A program made the translations under genes and the position numbers. Of a DNA stretch of 23,591 nt, positions 1 to 10,905 are shown one piece after another. The notes below the pieces were generated by a model. That model was not told where the DNA came from and did not search any database. It saw nothing but the letters and a program-made list of their open reading frames with translations. Within the stretch, counting starts at the first letter, position 1, and the number at the start of each line of letters is the position of its first letter. This stretch comes from Eledone cirrhosa (taxonomy: Eukaryota): NCBI GenBank assembly GCA_964016885.1, contig CAXHJY010001466.1, positions 1 to 23,591 on the forward strand, read 5' to 3'.

Positions 1-1884
1 CTACTCGAACTACAAAACCTGAGTTCCAAATGTATGGTACATTGTAAATGTTGTATGTAAAATGGAGAGCTGTGACTTATCTACTCGAACTACAAAACCT
101 GAGTTCCAAATATATGGTACATTGTAAATGTTGTATGTAAAATGGAGAACTGTGACTTATCTACTCCAACTACAAAACCTGAGTTCCAAATGTATGGTAC
201 ATTGTAAATGTTGTATGTAAAATGGAGAAGCTGTGACTTATCTACTCCAAACTACAAAACCTGAGTTCCAAATGTATGGTACATTGTAAATGTTGTATGT
301 AAAATGGAGAGCTGTGACTTATCTACTCAAACTACAAAACCTGAGTTCCAAATGTATGGTACATTGTAAATGTTGTATGTAAATAGAGAACTGTGACTTA
401 TCTACTCAAACTACAAAACCTGAGTTCCAAATGTATGGTACCATTGTAAATGTTGTATGTTAAATAGGAGAACTGTGACTTATCTACTCAAACTACAAAA
501 CCTGAGTTCCAAATGTATGGTACATTGTAAATGTTGTATGTAAAATGGAGAGCTGTGACTTATCTACTCAAACTACAAAACCTGAGTTCCAAAATGTATG
601 GTACATTGTAAATGTTGTATGTAAAATGGAGAGCTGTGACTTATCTACTCAAACTACAAAACCTGAGTTCCAAATGTATGGTACATTGTAAATGTATGTA
701 AAATGGAGAGCTGTGACTTATCTACTCGAACTACAAAACCTGAGTTCCAAATGTATGGTACATTGTAAATGTTGTATGTAAAATGAGAACTGTGACTTAT
801 CTACTCGAACTACAAAACCTGAGTTCCAAATGTATGGTACATTGTAAATGTTGTATGTAAATGGAAAGCTGTGACTTATCTACTCAAACTACAAAACCTG
901 AGTTCCAAATGTATGGTACATTGTAAATGTTGTATGTAAAATGGAGAGCTGTGACTTATCTACTCAAACTACAAAACCTGAGTTCCAAATGTATGGTACA
1001 TTGTAAATGTTGTATGTAAAATGGAGAGCTGTGACTTATCTACTCGAACTACAAAACCTGAGTTCCAAATGTATGGTACATTGTAAATGTTGTATGTAAA
1101 TGGAGAACTGTGACTTATCTACTCGAACTACAAAACCTGAGTTCCAAATGTATGGTACATTGTAAATGTTGTATGTAAAATGGAGAGCTGTGACTTATCT
1201 ACTCGAACTACAAACCTGAGTTCCAAATGTATGGTACATTGTAAATGTTGTATGTAAAATGGAGAGCTGTGACTTATCTACTCAAACTACAAAACCTGAG
1301 TTCCAAATGTATGGTACATTGTAAATGTATGTAAAATGGAGAGCTGTGACTTATCTACTCGAACTACAAAACCTGAGTTCCAAATGTAATGGTACATTGT
1401 AAATGTTGTATGTAAAATGGAGAACTGTGACTTATCTACTCGAACTACAAAACCTGAGTTCCAAATGTATGGTACATTGTAAATGTTGTATGTAAAATGG
1501 AGAGCTGTGACTTATCTACTCAAACTACAAAACCTGAGTTCCAAATGTATGGTACATTGTAAATGTTGTATGTAAAATGGAGAGCTGTGACTTATCTACT
1601 CGAACTACAAAACCTGAGTTCCAAATGTATGGTACATTGTAAATGTTGTATGTAAAATGGAGAGCTGTGACTTATCTACTCGAACTACAAAACCTGAGTT
1701 CCAAATGTATGGTACATTGTAAATGTTGTATGTAAAATGGAGAGCTGTGACTTATCTACTCAAACTACAAAACCTTAGTTCCAAATATATGGTACATTGT
1801 AAATGTTGTATGTAAAATGGGGAGCTGTGACTTATCTACTCGAACTACAAAACCTGAGTTCCAAATGTATGGTACATTGTAAAT
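1..1884. repeat. 80-bp tandem repeat, about 23.5 copies, running off the left edge of the window; probably intronic
   Basis: The unit CTACTCRAACTACAAAACCTGAGTTCCAAATGTATGGTACATTGTAAATGTTGTATGTAAAATGGAGARCTGTGACTTAT repeats with only scattered 1-3 bp indels. Confidence 0.98.
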
Positions 1885-2232
1885 CATCATCATCATCAAC
1901 GTTTAACGTCCGTGTTCCATGCTTGCATGGGTTTGGACGGGGGTAGTCCCACTTGAGGCAAGAGTGATTGTCTTGCTCGCATAGGACTGTCTGGCAGGTT
2001 TTCTACAGTTGGATGCCCTTCCTAACACCAACCACATTTACAGTGTGGGTCTGGGAGGTTTTTACCGTGTTGCCTACACGGCCACATTACAGCGTGGACT
2101 GTGTGTTTTTTTGTCGTGACACCTACACGATCTCATTTGTTTCGGCCTGGATGGCGCGGCACCAACATAACTTTACATAGAACGGGGTGGTGTGGATGGG
2201 GTGGGGGTGGTGGCGGGACGGGGTGTATTTTG

Positions 2233-5200
2233 TTAGAGATGCCTACTGGCAAGGCGGGTCTTCTCTGTTACTGAGTACCGCCAAAGGTCTCGGTCCAGTG
2301 ACATTGTCTTGGAGAGGTGTAAGTGTGTGAGGTCGGAGTTTATCAGCTCATCCCAGGTTTTTCTAGGTCTGCCTATTCCGTGGCTACCGTCTATCTTTAT
2401 TGCCCTGCACTTTGTTATACAGCTATCGACTTTCATGCGCATCACGTGTCCATACCAACGCAGCCTTCTCTCGAGTAAACAACATCTGATCCCTCTTATC
2501 TCTAATTTTTTCCTTAGTTCGTTTATGCTTTGCTGTTCACGTATATTACTGTTACATATCCAGCGGAGCATGCAAGCTTCGTTCCTCTCTAGTCTGCGTA
2601 TATCCTCTGCACACAATGCCCAGGTCTCACTACCATGCAACATTGCTGTTCGTATGCAGGCATCGTACAACCTGCCTTTCATTTTTAGGGAGAACCCTTT
2701 AGCAGCTAATAGTGGTATAAGCTCTCTGAACTTTTTCCAACCAGTTCTGACTCTAGCTACAGTACTTTCAGAGCACCCTCCCCCACTGCTGATTTTATTG
2801 CCCAGGTAACGGAAGCTGTCCACTATTTCTATAGAACCCTCTGCGCAATTGAAAGAGCTAGTATTTTGTGGGCACTTGCTGCTACTTATTGCACCAGAAC
2901 ACCGGCCACATGTAAAATCTATGTTCTTAGTTAGCTTACCTGTGATCCCACTACATCTTTTATGCACCCATACTTTGCATTTAGGACATAAAATGGAGTT
3001 TCTACCTACGCCTTTCCTACACACCGAGCACGACCATTTCCCAGAAGGGACCGCCGCCTTGTTTTCTTTCCTACAAACTAGAACTTTGGTCTTAGCCAGG
3101 TTAATTTTAAGTCCTTTTGACTCTAGGCCGTGCTTCCATGTTTGGAATTTCTTCTCTAGCTCGGCCATTGATTCCGCTATGAGTGTCAGGTCGTCTGCGT
3201 ATAGGAGTTCCCATGGGCAGCCTGTCTTGAACTCCTCTGTTATAGCCTGAAGGGCAATAATAAATAGTAGGGGGCTGAGAACAGAGCCCTGATGGACGCC
3301 AACTTTTACGCTAAACTCTTCACTATATTCGTTGTTAATTCTAACCTTGCTGACTGTTTCTTTATACATGGCTTGTATAGCCCTCACAAGCCATTCGTCA
3401 ATGCCTAGTTTTCTAAGAGCCCACCAGATAATGGAGCGGGGGACTCTGTCGAAGGCTTTCTCCAGGTCGACAAAAGCTAAGTAGAGGGGTTTACCTTTAG
3501 CTAGGTACTTCTCCTGTAGTTGTCGTACTATGAAAAGAGCGTCTGTGGTGCTTTTGCCTGACACAAACCCGAACTGCATTTCATCTAGGTCAATTCTCTC
3601 TCTGATTAGCTGCGCTATTACTTTTTCCGTGACCTTCATGACCTGGTCGATTAATTTAATGCCTCTATAGTTACTCCTATCTAGGGCGTCTCCTTTACCC
3701 TTATAACAGTTAACGATGATGCTGCTATGCCAGTCCTTCGGAACAACCCCATTCTGTACGACTTGGTTAACTATGCGGGTGACCATGGTGTGTCCTACCG
3801 TGCCAGATGCCTTCAGCATCTTAGCAACTATTTCCGAAGGCCCAGCCGCCTTACCCGTCTTCATATCCTTGATTGCCTTACTTATTATACTCCCCTCGAC
3901 TAACACTGCTGGTCCCTCTATTGGGTCGATATGGGGGAGACTGTCTTTCTCCCATTTATTCTCCTCATTTAGTAGCCTTTCATAGTGACACTTCCAAGCT
4001 ACCTTCTTATCAGTGTCGGTGATGGCAAGTATGCCATCATCGTTAAGTACACACTTCTCCCCGACAATATCACGGTTTTCCTTGACGCATTGCCTAGCAA
4101 TCCTGAACACCTCACGTTTTTGGTCATCGCGTTGTAGAACATGCTTGAACTTTCTTTCCTCAGCTTCCCTTCTTGCTAAGTACACTTCTCTCCTAGCTTC
4201 CCTCCTGGCCACTTGATAGTCTACTCTACTTCCCCCATCCCGCCATACTTTCCAAGCCTGCTTTTTGGCCTTAATTGACCCCTCCACCCTACTGTTCCAC
4301 CACCATGTTACTCTCCTCCTGCCTACAGGCCTGCTCCAGCCACAGACTTCGTCTGTCGCCAACAGCAGGTTTGCTTTCAGAAATTCCCACTGTCCCTCTA
4401 TATTGTCCGATTCTAGATGCTCTTCCTTACTGTCGTAAGCATCAAGTAATATGCTTTGAAATTTATTTCTGGCTGTGGGGTCCTTTAGTTTCCATATTTT
4501 CCTCCTGAGGATAGTCCTCTTCTGCTGTCAAGTACGTCTCGTCCTGACTATGAGGTCGCTAATTATCAGTCTATGTTGGGAGGTGCATTCTTCATGGGGG
4601 AGGGATTTAGTGTTTACAACAGACACTCTGTCACGTCTTCTGGTAAGGATATAATCTACTTGTGTGTTCCCCGGATCTATAGGTGATCAGGTGATTGTCA
4701 CGTTTTTTGAAGTTAGTGTTACAGATAGTTAGGTTATTTGCATCACAGAATTCCAGGATTCTGGAGCCTTCCTCATTTCTAGTACCAAACCCATAGCCTC
4801 CATGGATTTCGTCGTAGCCGTCACAATGTTGTCCAACGTGACCATTTAGGTCGCCTGCAATAATTATATAGTCACTGTCAGATATTTGGGAGGTAGTTAG
4901 CAACAGTGTCTCATAGAATCTGTCTTTTATAGTGCCGGGCAGTCCGGATTGGGGTGCGTACGCAGATATTACTGTCACCGTAGTTCTATTGAGGACAAGT
5001 CGTATTTTAATTATTCTGTCGTTCACTCTATTTACGTCTATTATCTTATCTGCCCACTTTTCTGCTACCATGATTCCTACTCCACCCAGCCCATCGTCGT
5101 TTCCCACCCAGAAAAGCTTATAACATCGTTTTTTACCCTCAATGAATCTAGCAGACCCACCCCTCCACCTGGTCTCTTGAATACAACAAACATCGACCTC

Positions 5201-5394
5201 CTTACGTTCAAGCATTTCTACAACCTCGTTAGCGCGACCCTTTAGGGTGCCTACATTTATGGTACCAACTCTGAAGTTTTGGGTTGCGTTTGGAGGGCGG
5301 GGGGAGATAGGGTTATGTTAGCCATCCGCGGACGAAACAAAGAGGAGTGCTCGCATTGTCGTCCACGAGGTGAATTTGACTTTAACTTTGGCAT
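2233..5394 (-). pseudogene. RTE polyprotein (APE endonuclease + reverse transcriptase + PHD-type finger), about 1050 aa when reconstructed, with 3 disablements
   Basis: APE motifs: FRVGTINVGTLKGR, VCCIQETRW, ISAYAPQ, AGDLNGH, QVDYIL, SQHRL. RT motifs: NYRGIKL, QFGF, FVDLEKAFD, GVHQGSVLSPLLF, LLYADD, FRYLG, RLRWYGHVMR. Frameshifts lie near 5275 and near 4660, with an in-frame TGA at 4528-4530. The start ATG at 5394 (MPKLKS...) is inferred. Confidence 0.9.
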
Positions 5395-5512
5395 TTTCGC
5401 TCTGAGCGTCCAGATTTTTCTCTCCCTTCCACTCTCCAGGATTCCGCAGTCCGTCCATCCATCCATCCATCCATCATATATCGAAGGCAACCGGGCAAGC
5501 GATAGTATAGGC

Positions 5513-5625
5513 CTCTGGCTTATGATTGGTCCGCGTAATAATAATAATGGTGATGCGTGGGGGGGGGGGGGGGCTCTGGCTTATGATTGGTCCCCGTATT
5601 AAGAATGGTGGTGTGTGGGGGCGGG
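5513..5625 (-). promoter_or_regulatory. Putative internal Pol II promoter of the RTE: two CCAAT boxes in a 61-bp-spaced duplication plus a GC box
   Basis: CTCTGGCTTATGATTGGTCC occurs at 5513 and 5574 (minus strand GACCAATCA, which fits the NF-Y consensus RRCCAATCA). GGGGCGGG lies at 5618-5625. Confidence 0.45.
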
Positions 5626-5720
5626 TGGGAGGGTTGTGGGGTAGCTAGCTGGAAGGTTATGAATGTTTAACAAGCGATTTAACAAAAAGCAAAACTGCAA
5701 GATTTGTTCTGTTCAATACG

Positions 5721-5892
5721 ACAAAAACACCGTATTTAAACCTTAAATAGATAACAAAAAATACAGATTTCGGATTTTGCGAGATTGGATGTTTGGACTA
5801 TGTACGAAATTGAGCGTGGAGTGGATAGAGAAAAATTTGTACTTTACGATTTACATGGTACACCGTGTAAGGTTTAAATACGGTGTTTTTGT
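5721..5892. repeat. Perfect 25-bp inverted repeat at the 5' end of the RTE
   Basis: ACAAAAACACCGTATTTAAACCTTA (5721-5745) is the reverse complement of TAAGGTTTAAATACGGTGTTTTTGT (5868-5892). Confidence 0.93.
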
Positions 5893-5901
5893 AACATGTT
5901 T

Positions 5902-6016
5902 TTGTAAATGTTGTATGTAAAATGGAGAACTGTGACTTATCTACTCAAACTACAAAACCTGAGTTCCAAATGTATGGTACATTGTAAATGTTGTATGTAA
6001 AATAGAGAACTGTGAC
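5902..6016. repeat. Resumption of the 80-bp tandem repeat (about 1.4 units)
   Basis: The same unit continues in register from where it was interrupted at 1884. Confidence 0.96.
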
Positions 6017-6085
6017 CTCTTGGTGCAGTTTATTGCTATTTTGCAATGTAAATATTTATGTTCTTTCTGTCTGTCTTACTCGAAG

Positions 6086-6248
6086 GTTTATGAGAACAAC
6101 GAGAACACACCCCTGGTCTTAAAACATTTCCAAAGACCAGTCATTATGTCTAATAACAACAGTGTACAGTTAGTCTTCTACACAGGAGTTAGACAAACTT
6201 CAGACAGTAAAAATATCGGATTCAAAGCTTCTTTCAAATATTTGTCAG
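6086..6248 (+). CDS. Host gene exon A: C-terminal half of a CUB domain
   Basis: Acceptor ctgtcttactcgaag| and donor |gtatgt. Encodes VYENNENTPLVLKHFQRPVIMSNNNSVQLVFYTGVRQTSDSKNIGFKASFKYLS, with a CUB-like 'S..N.V.L.F.......GFKA.F' pattern. Ends in phase 1. Confidence 0.85.
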
Positions 6249-6292
6249 GTATGTAGTATTTTGGATATAAACTATTTGTGAAAGATTTATGT

Positions 6293-9009
6293 AGAGAAGG
6301 GGTAATGGAGTGGGTAGATTGTTGACAGTAGGGGTGGATGGGCTGGGTAGATTGTTAAGAGAAGGGGTGGATGGACTGGGTAGATTGTTGAGAGAAGGGG
6401 TGGATGGGCTGGGTAGATTGTTAAGAGAAGGGATGGGTGGACTGGGTAGATTGTTGACAGTAAGGGGTGGGTGGACTGGGTAGATTGACAGTAGGGGTGG
6501 ATGGGCTGGGTAGATTGTTAAGAGAAGGGGTAGATGGGCTGGGTAGATTGTTAAGATAAGGGGATGGACTGGGTAGATTGTTGACAGTAAGGGTGGATGG
6601 GCTGGGTAGATTAAGAGAAGGGGTGGATGGACTGGGTAGATTGTTAAGAGAAGGGGTGGATGGACTGGGTAGATTGTTAAGAGAAGAGGTGGGTGGACTG
6701 GGTAGATTGTTGACAGTAGGGGTGGATGGGTTGGGTAGATTGTTACGAGAAGGGGTGGATGGACTGGGTAGATTGTTGACAGTAGGGGTGGATGGGCTGG
6801 GTAGATTGTTAAGAGAAGGGGTGGGTGGACTGGGTAGATTGTTAAGAGAAGGGGTGGATGGACTGGGTAGATTGTTAAGAGAAGGGGTGGGTATACTGGG
6901 TAGATTGTTAAGAGAAGGGGTGGGTGGACTGGGTAGATTGTTGACAGTAGGGGTGGATGGGCTGGGTAGATTGTTAAGAGAAGGGGTAGATGGACTGGGT
7001 AGATTGTTGAGAGAAGGGGTGGATGGGCTGGGTAGATTGTTAAGATAAGGGGTGGATGGACTGGGTAGTTTGTTAAGAGAAGGGGTGGATGTACTGTGTA
7101 GATTGTTAAGAGAAGGGGTGGATTTACTGGGTAGATTGTTAAGAGAAGAGGTGGGAGGACTGGGTAGATTGTTAAGAGAAGAGGTGGGAGGACTGGGTAG
7201 ATTGTTAATAGAAGGGGTGGATGGACTGGGTAGATTGTTGAGAGAAGGGGTGGATGGACTGTGTAGATTGTTGAGAGAAGGGGTGGATGGACTGGGTAGA
7301 TTGTTAAGAGACGGGGTGGATGGACTGGGTAGATTGTTGAGAGAAGGGGTGGATGGACTGGGTAGATTGTTAAGAGACGGGGTGGATGGACTGGGTAGAT
7401 TGTTGAGAGAAGGGGTGGATGGACTGGGTAGATTGTTAAGAGAAGGAGTGGATGGACTGGGTAGATTGTTAAGAGAAGGGGTGGATGGACTGGGTAGATT
7501 GTTAAGAGAAGGGGTGGGTGAACTGGGTAGATTGTTGACAGTAGGGGTGGATGGGCTGGGTAGATTGACAGTAGGGGTGGATGGGCTGTGTAGATTGTTA
7601 AGAGAAGGGGTAGATGGCCTGGGTAGATTGTTGAGAGAAGGGGTAGATGGGCTGGGTAGATTGTTAAGATAAGGGGTGGATGGACTGGGTAGTTTGTTAA
7701 GAGAAGGGGTGGATGTACTGTGTAGATTGTTAAGAGTAGGGGTGGATTTACTGGGTAGATTGTTAAGAGAAGAGGTGGGAGGACTGGGTAGATTGTTAAG
7801 AGAAGAGGTGGGAGGACTGGGTAGATTGTTAATAGAAGGGGTGGATGGACTGGGTAGATTGTTAAGAGAAGGGATGGGTGGACTGGGTAGATTGTTAAGA
7901 GAAGGGGTGGATGGACTGGGTAGATTGTTAAGAGAAGGGGTGGGTGAACTGGGTAGATTGTTGACAGTAGGGGTGGATGGGCTGGGTAGATTGTTAAGAG
8001 AAGGAGTGGAGGCACTGGGTAGATTGTTAAGAGAAGGGGTGGATGCACTGGGTAGATTGTTAAGAGAAGGGGTGGGTGGACTGGGTAGATTGACAGTAGG
8101 GGTGGATGGGCTGGGTAGATTGTTAAGAGAAGGGGTAGATGGACTGGGTAGATTGTTGAGAGAAGGGGTGGATGGGCTGGGTAGATTGTTAAGATAAGGG
8201 GTGGATGGACTGGGTAGTTTGTTAAGAGAAGGGGTGGATGTACTGTGTAGATTGTTAAGAGAAGGGGTGGATTTACTGGGTAGATTGTTAAGAGAAGAGG
8301 TGGGAGGACTGGGTAGATTGTTAAGAGAAGAGGTGGGAGGACTGGGTAGATTGTTAATAGAAGGGGTGGATGGACTGGGTAGATTGTTGAGAGAAGGGGT
8401 GGATGGACTGGGTAGATTGTTGAGAGAAGGGGTGGATGGACTGGGTAGATTGTTAAGAGACGGGGTGGATGGACTGGGTAGATTGTTGAGAGAAGGGGTG
8501 GATGGACTGGGTAGATTGTTAAGAGACGGGGTGGATGGACTGGGTAGATTGTTGAGAGAAGGGGTGGATGGACTGGGTAGATTGTTAAGAGAAGGAGTGG
8601 ATGGACTGGGTAGATTGTTAAGAGAAGGGGTGGATGGACTGGGTAGATTGTTAAGAGAAGGGGTGGAGGCACTGGGTAGATTGTTAAGAGAAGGGGTGGG
8701 TGGACTTGGTAGATTGTTAAGAGAAGGGGTGGATGGACTGGGTAGATTGTTAAGAGAAGGGGTGGGTGAACTGGGTAGATTGTTGACAGTAGGGGTGGAT
8801 GGGCTGGGTAGATTGTTGAGAGAAGGGGTGGATGGACTGGGTAGATTGTTAAGAGAAGGGGTGGAGGCACTGGGTAGATTGTTGAGAGAAGGGGTGGAGG
8901 CACTGGGTAGATTGTTGAGAGAAGGGGTGGATGGACTGGGTAGATTGTTGAGAGAAGGGGTGGATGGACTGGGTAGATTGTTAAGATGGGTGGATGGGCT
9001 GGAGAGATT
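6293..9009. repeat. 33-bp G-rich intronic minisatellite, about 82 units, with higher-order duplications
   Basis: Unit GGGTAGATTGTTAAGAGAAGGGGTGGATGGACT. Strings of variant units recur from about 7052, 7676 and 8201. Confidence 0.97.
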
Positions 9010-9010
9010 T

Positions 9011-9104
9011 GTAGTGGTGGTGGTGGTAGTAGTGGTAGCAATAGTAGTGGTGGTGGTGGAGGTAGTGGTAGCAATAGTAGTGGTGGTAGTAGTGGTAGCA
9101 GTAG
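9011..9104. repeat. (GGT/AGT)n trinucleotide microsatellite
   Basis: Read directly from the sequence. Confidence 0.9.
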
Positions 9105-9197
9105 AAGGTATAGAAGACCACAGTTTGACAACAACAACAACACTTGCAAGGAACAACTAATTAAGAAAAAAAAACTAATTAATATTGATTTAGTGTT

Positions 9198-9300
9198 AAT
9201 AATTGTTTCTACCTTTGGCACAAGGCCAGCAATTATCCCAGTGTATTACTGGTACTTTATTTTATCGACCCTGTAAGGATGAAAGGCAAAGTTAACCTCG
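9198..9300 (-). mobile_element. 5'-truncated SINE (Meta-domain-like family) with a 20-bp target-site duplication
   Basis: Its reverse complement is nearly identical to 12651-12753. It is flanked by exact copies of ATTAATATTGATTTAGTGTT at 9178-9197 and 9301-9320. Confidence 0.88.
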
Positions 9301-9365
9301 ATTAATATTGATTTAGTGTTCATTTCATATAGAATCTACAATTTTCTCCTTTTCATATTTTCCAG

Positions 9366-9392
9366 AAAAGATTAAAGGAAAAACCAAATTTG
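9366..9392 (+). CDS. Host gene exon B: 27-nt microexon, linker between the CUB domains (EKIKGKTKF)
   Basis: Strong acceptor ttttcatattttccag| and donor |gtaagt. Phase 1-1, keeping the frame between exons A and C. Confidence 0.75.
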
Positions 9393-9454
9393 GTAAGTCT
9401 AAATATTTTTATCTCCCTTGATAAGAGAGGGTGGGGTGGAGGGTCGGATCCAGA

Positions 9455-9838
9455 CAACTGTGGCGTGAGGGGAGGTCATACAACTGTCGGAGGAAGGGCA
9501 GAAGGTTATACAACTGTGGGGGAGGTCATACAACTGTGTGTGTGTGTTGGGGGGGGGTGTCATACAACTGTGGGGGGAGGTCATACAACGGTGGGAGGGG
9601 GAGGAGGTCCTACAACGGTGGGAAGGGGAAGAGGTCATACAACTGTTGGGGGAGGAGGTCATACAACGGTGAGATGGGGAGGAGGTCATACAACTGTGTG
9701 TGTATGTGGGGGGTCTTACAACGGTGGGGGGGAGGTCATACAACTGTGGGGGGAGGTCATACAACGGTGGGAGGGGGTCGTTCAACTGTGGAGGAGGTCA
9801 TACAACGGTGGGAGGGGAGGAGGTCGTACAACTGTGGG
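9455..9838. repeat. About 21-34-bp G-rich minisatellite, about 16 units
   Basis: Core GGAGGTCATACAACTGTGGG with a variable G/TG spacer. Confidence 0.92.
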
Positions 9839-9890
9839 AAAAATTAAGTTTCCTAAGAAATCTAATATCTTCTGTTTGGTTCCTTTCTAG

Positions 9891-10058
9891 ATTGCAGTGC
9901 TACGTTCCCCACCAGTGTTGGGGGAGTGATATCCTTCCATGGGTTATCTCCAATGGATCCTGTCTCCTATGATTGTGTTTGGGTTATCCGGAAGATTCCC
10001 AAGAAAACATATACTTATAAAATTCATTTACACCTGAAGGAAATATCAATGAAAGATG
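9891..10058 (+). CDS. Host gene exon C: N-terminal half of the second CUB domain
   Basis: Acceptor cctttctag| and donor |gtgaga. Encodes DCSATFPTSVGGVISFHGLSPMDPVSYDCVWVIRKIPKKTYTYKIHLHLKEISMKD, with the CUB 'C......G.I' and 'C.W.I' patterns. Phase 1-1. Confidence 0.88.
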
Positions 10059-10105
10059 GTGAGATTCTGTTGAGGGTTTTCAATATATTAAATAGACTTT
10101 TCATT

Positions 10106-10476
10106 ATCACCACCACAACCACAACCACCACTACTACAACCACCACCACTACAATCACCACTACAACCACAACCACCACTACAACCACAACCACCACCAC
10201 TACAATCACCACTACCACCATCACTACAACCACAACCACCACTACAACCACAACCACCACTACTACAACCACCACCACTACAATCACCACTACCACCATC
10301 ACTACAACCACAACTACCACTACAACCACAATCACCACTACTACAACCACCACCACTACAACCACAATCACCACTACCACCATCACTACAACCACAACTA
10401 CCATCACTACCACCAGAACCATCATCATCACCACCACCACCAGCACCACCACTACAACCACCACCACCACCACCAC
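10106..10476. repeat. (ACC/ACA/ACT/ATC)n compound trinucleotide tract, intronic
   Basis: Read directly from the sequence. Confidence 0.96.
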
Positions 10477-10516
10477 GTGTATATATATATATATTGTTTT
10501 GTATTTTCCAATAAAG

Positions 10517-10732
10517 GCTGGCGACCTCAACCAAATAACAGTTTAGAAATTCACAATGGAATCAGCTCCATTGATCCACTAATTGCTCGTTACACGTCAA
10601 CTGAATATAGTCAATACCTTTCCTGGAATACATCTTTACAGAGTGAAGGATTTTATATTAGACTTCGAGGAAACTTCTACCATTTTGACAGACTAGAATT
10701 TTCTTACACAGCAGCTGTAATGATGACCACAG
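10517..10732 (+). CDS. Host gene exon D: C-terminal half of the second CUB domain
   Basis: Acceptor ttttccaataaag| and donor |gtcagt. Encodes GWRPQPNNSLEIHNGISSIDPLIARYTSTEYSQYLSWNTSLQSEGFYIRLRGNFYHFDRLEFSYTAAVMMTT, with the CUB 'LEI..G......L...Y' pattern. 216 nt, phase 1-1. Confidence 0.85.
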
Positions 10733-10905
10733 GTCAGTTGAAATTTACATCTATGTGGTGTGTGTGTGTGTGTCTATATGTATGTGTATGTGTGTCTGTA
10801 TATGTCTATATGTATGTGGTGTGTCTGTCCATATGTATGAAGTGGATTTCTTCATCACACAGCCATAACCGCACCTTTCTTTATCTTCAATATATATATA
10901 TAATA

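Larger units (their letters stand above)
1885..5901 (-). mobile_element. Near full-length RTE-clade non-LTR retrotransposon, antisense to the host gene
   Basis: It has a single APE+RT reading frame. The minus-strand 3' end is CCCATGCAAGCATGGAACACGGACGTTAAACGTTGATGATGATGATG, an (ATG)n tail. TTGTAAAT occurs at both junctions (1877-1884 and 5902-5909), consistent with a target-site duplication. Confidence 0.95.

Noticed and set aside
1-1884. CRISPR-like regular array
   Set aside because: The units are fully repeated with no unique spacers, and the context is eukaryotic with no cas genes.
2309-5245. Several plus-strand ORFs over the LINE
   Set aside because: They are antisense shadows of the RTE coding frame with no recognisable motifs.
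9390-9890. Gly-rich GGHTTV / GRSYN repeat ORFs
   Set aside because: They are readings of the intronic minisatellite, whose unit lengths are variable and not frame-preserving.
9926-10546. ORF running from exon C into about 120 threonines, resembling a mucin
   Set aside because: There is a good donor at 10059, and the 458-bp intron is not a multiple of 3. ACN repeats are stop-free by nature, and the CUB domain continues in exon D.
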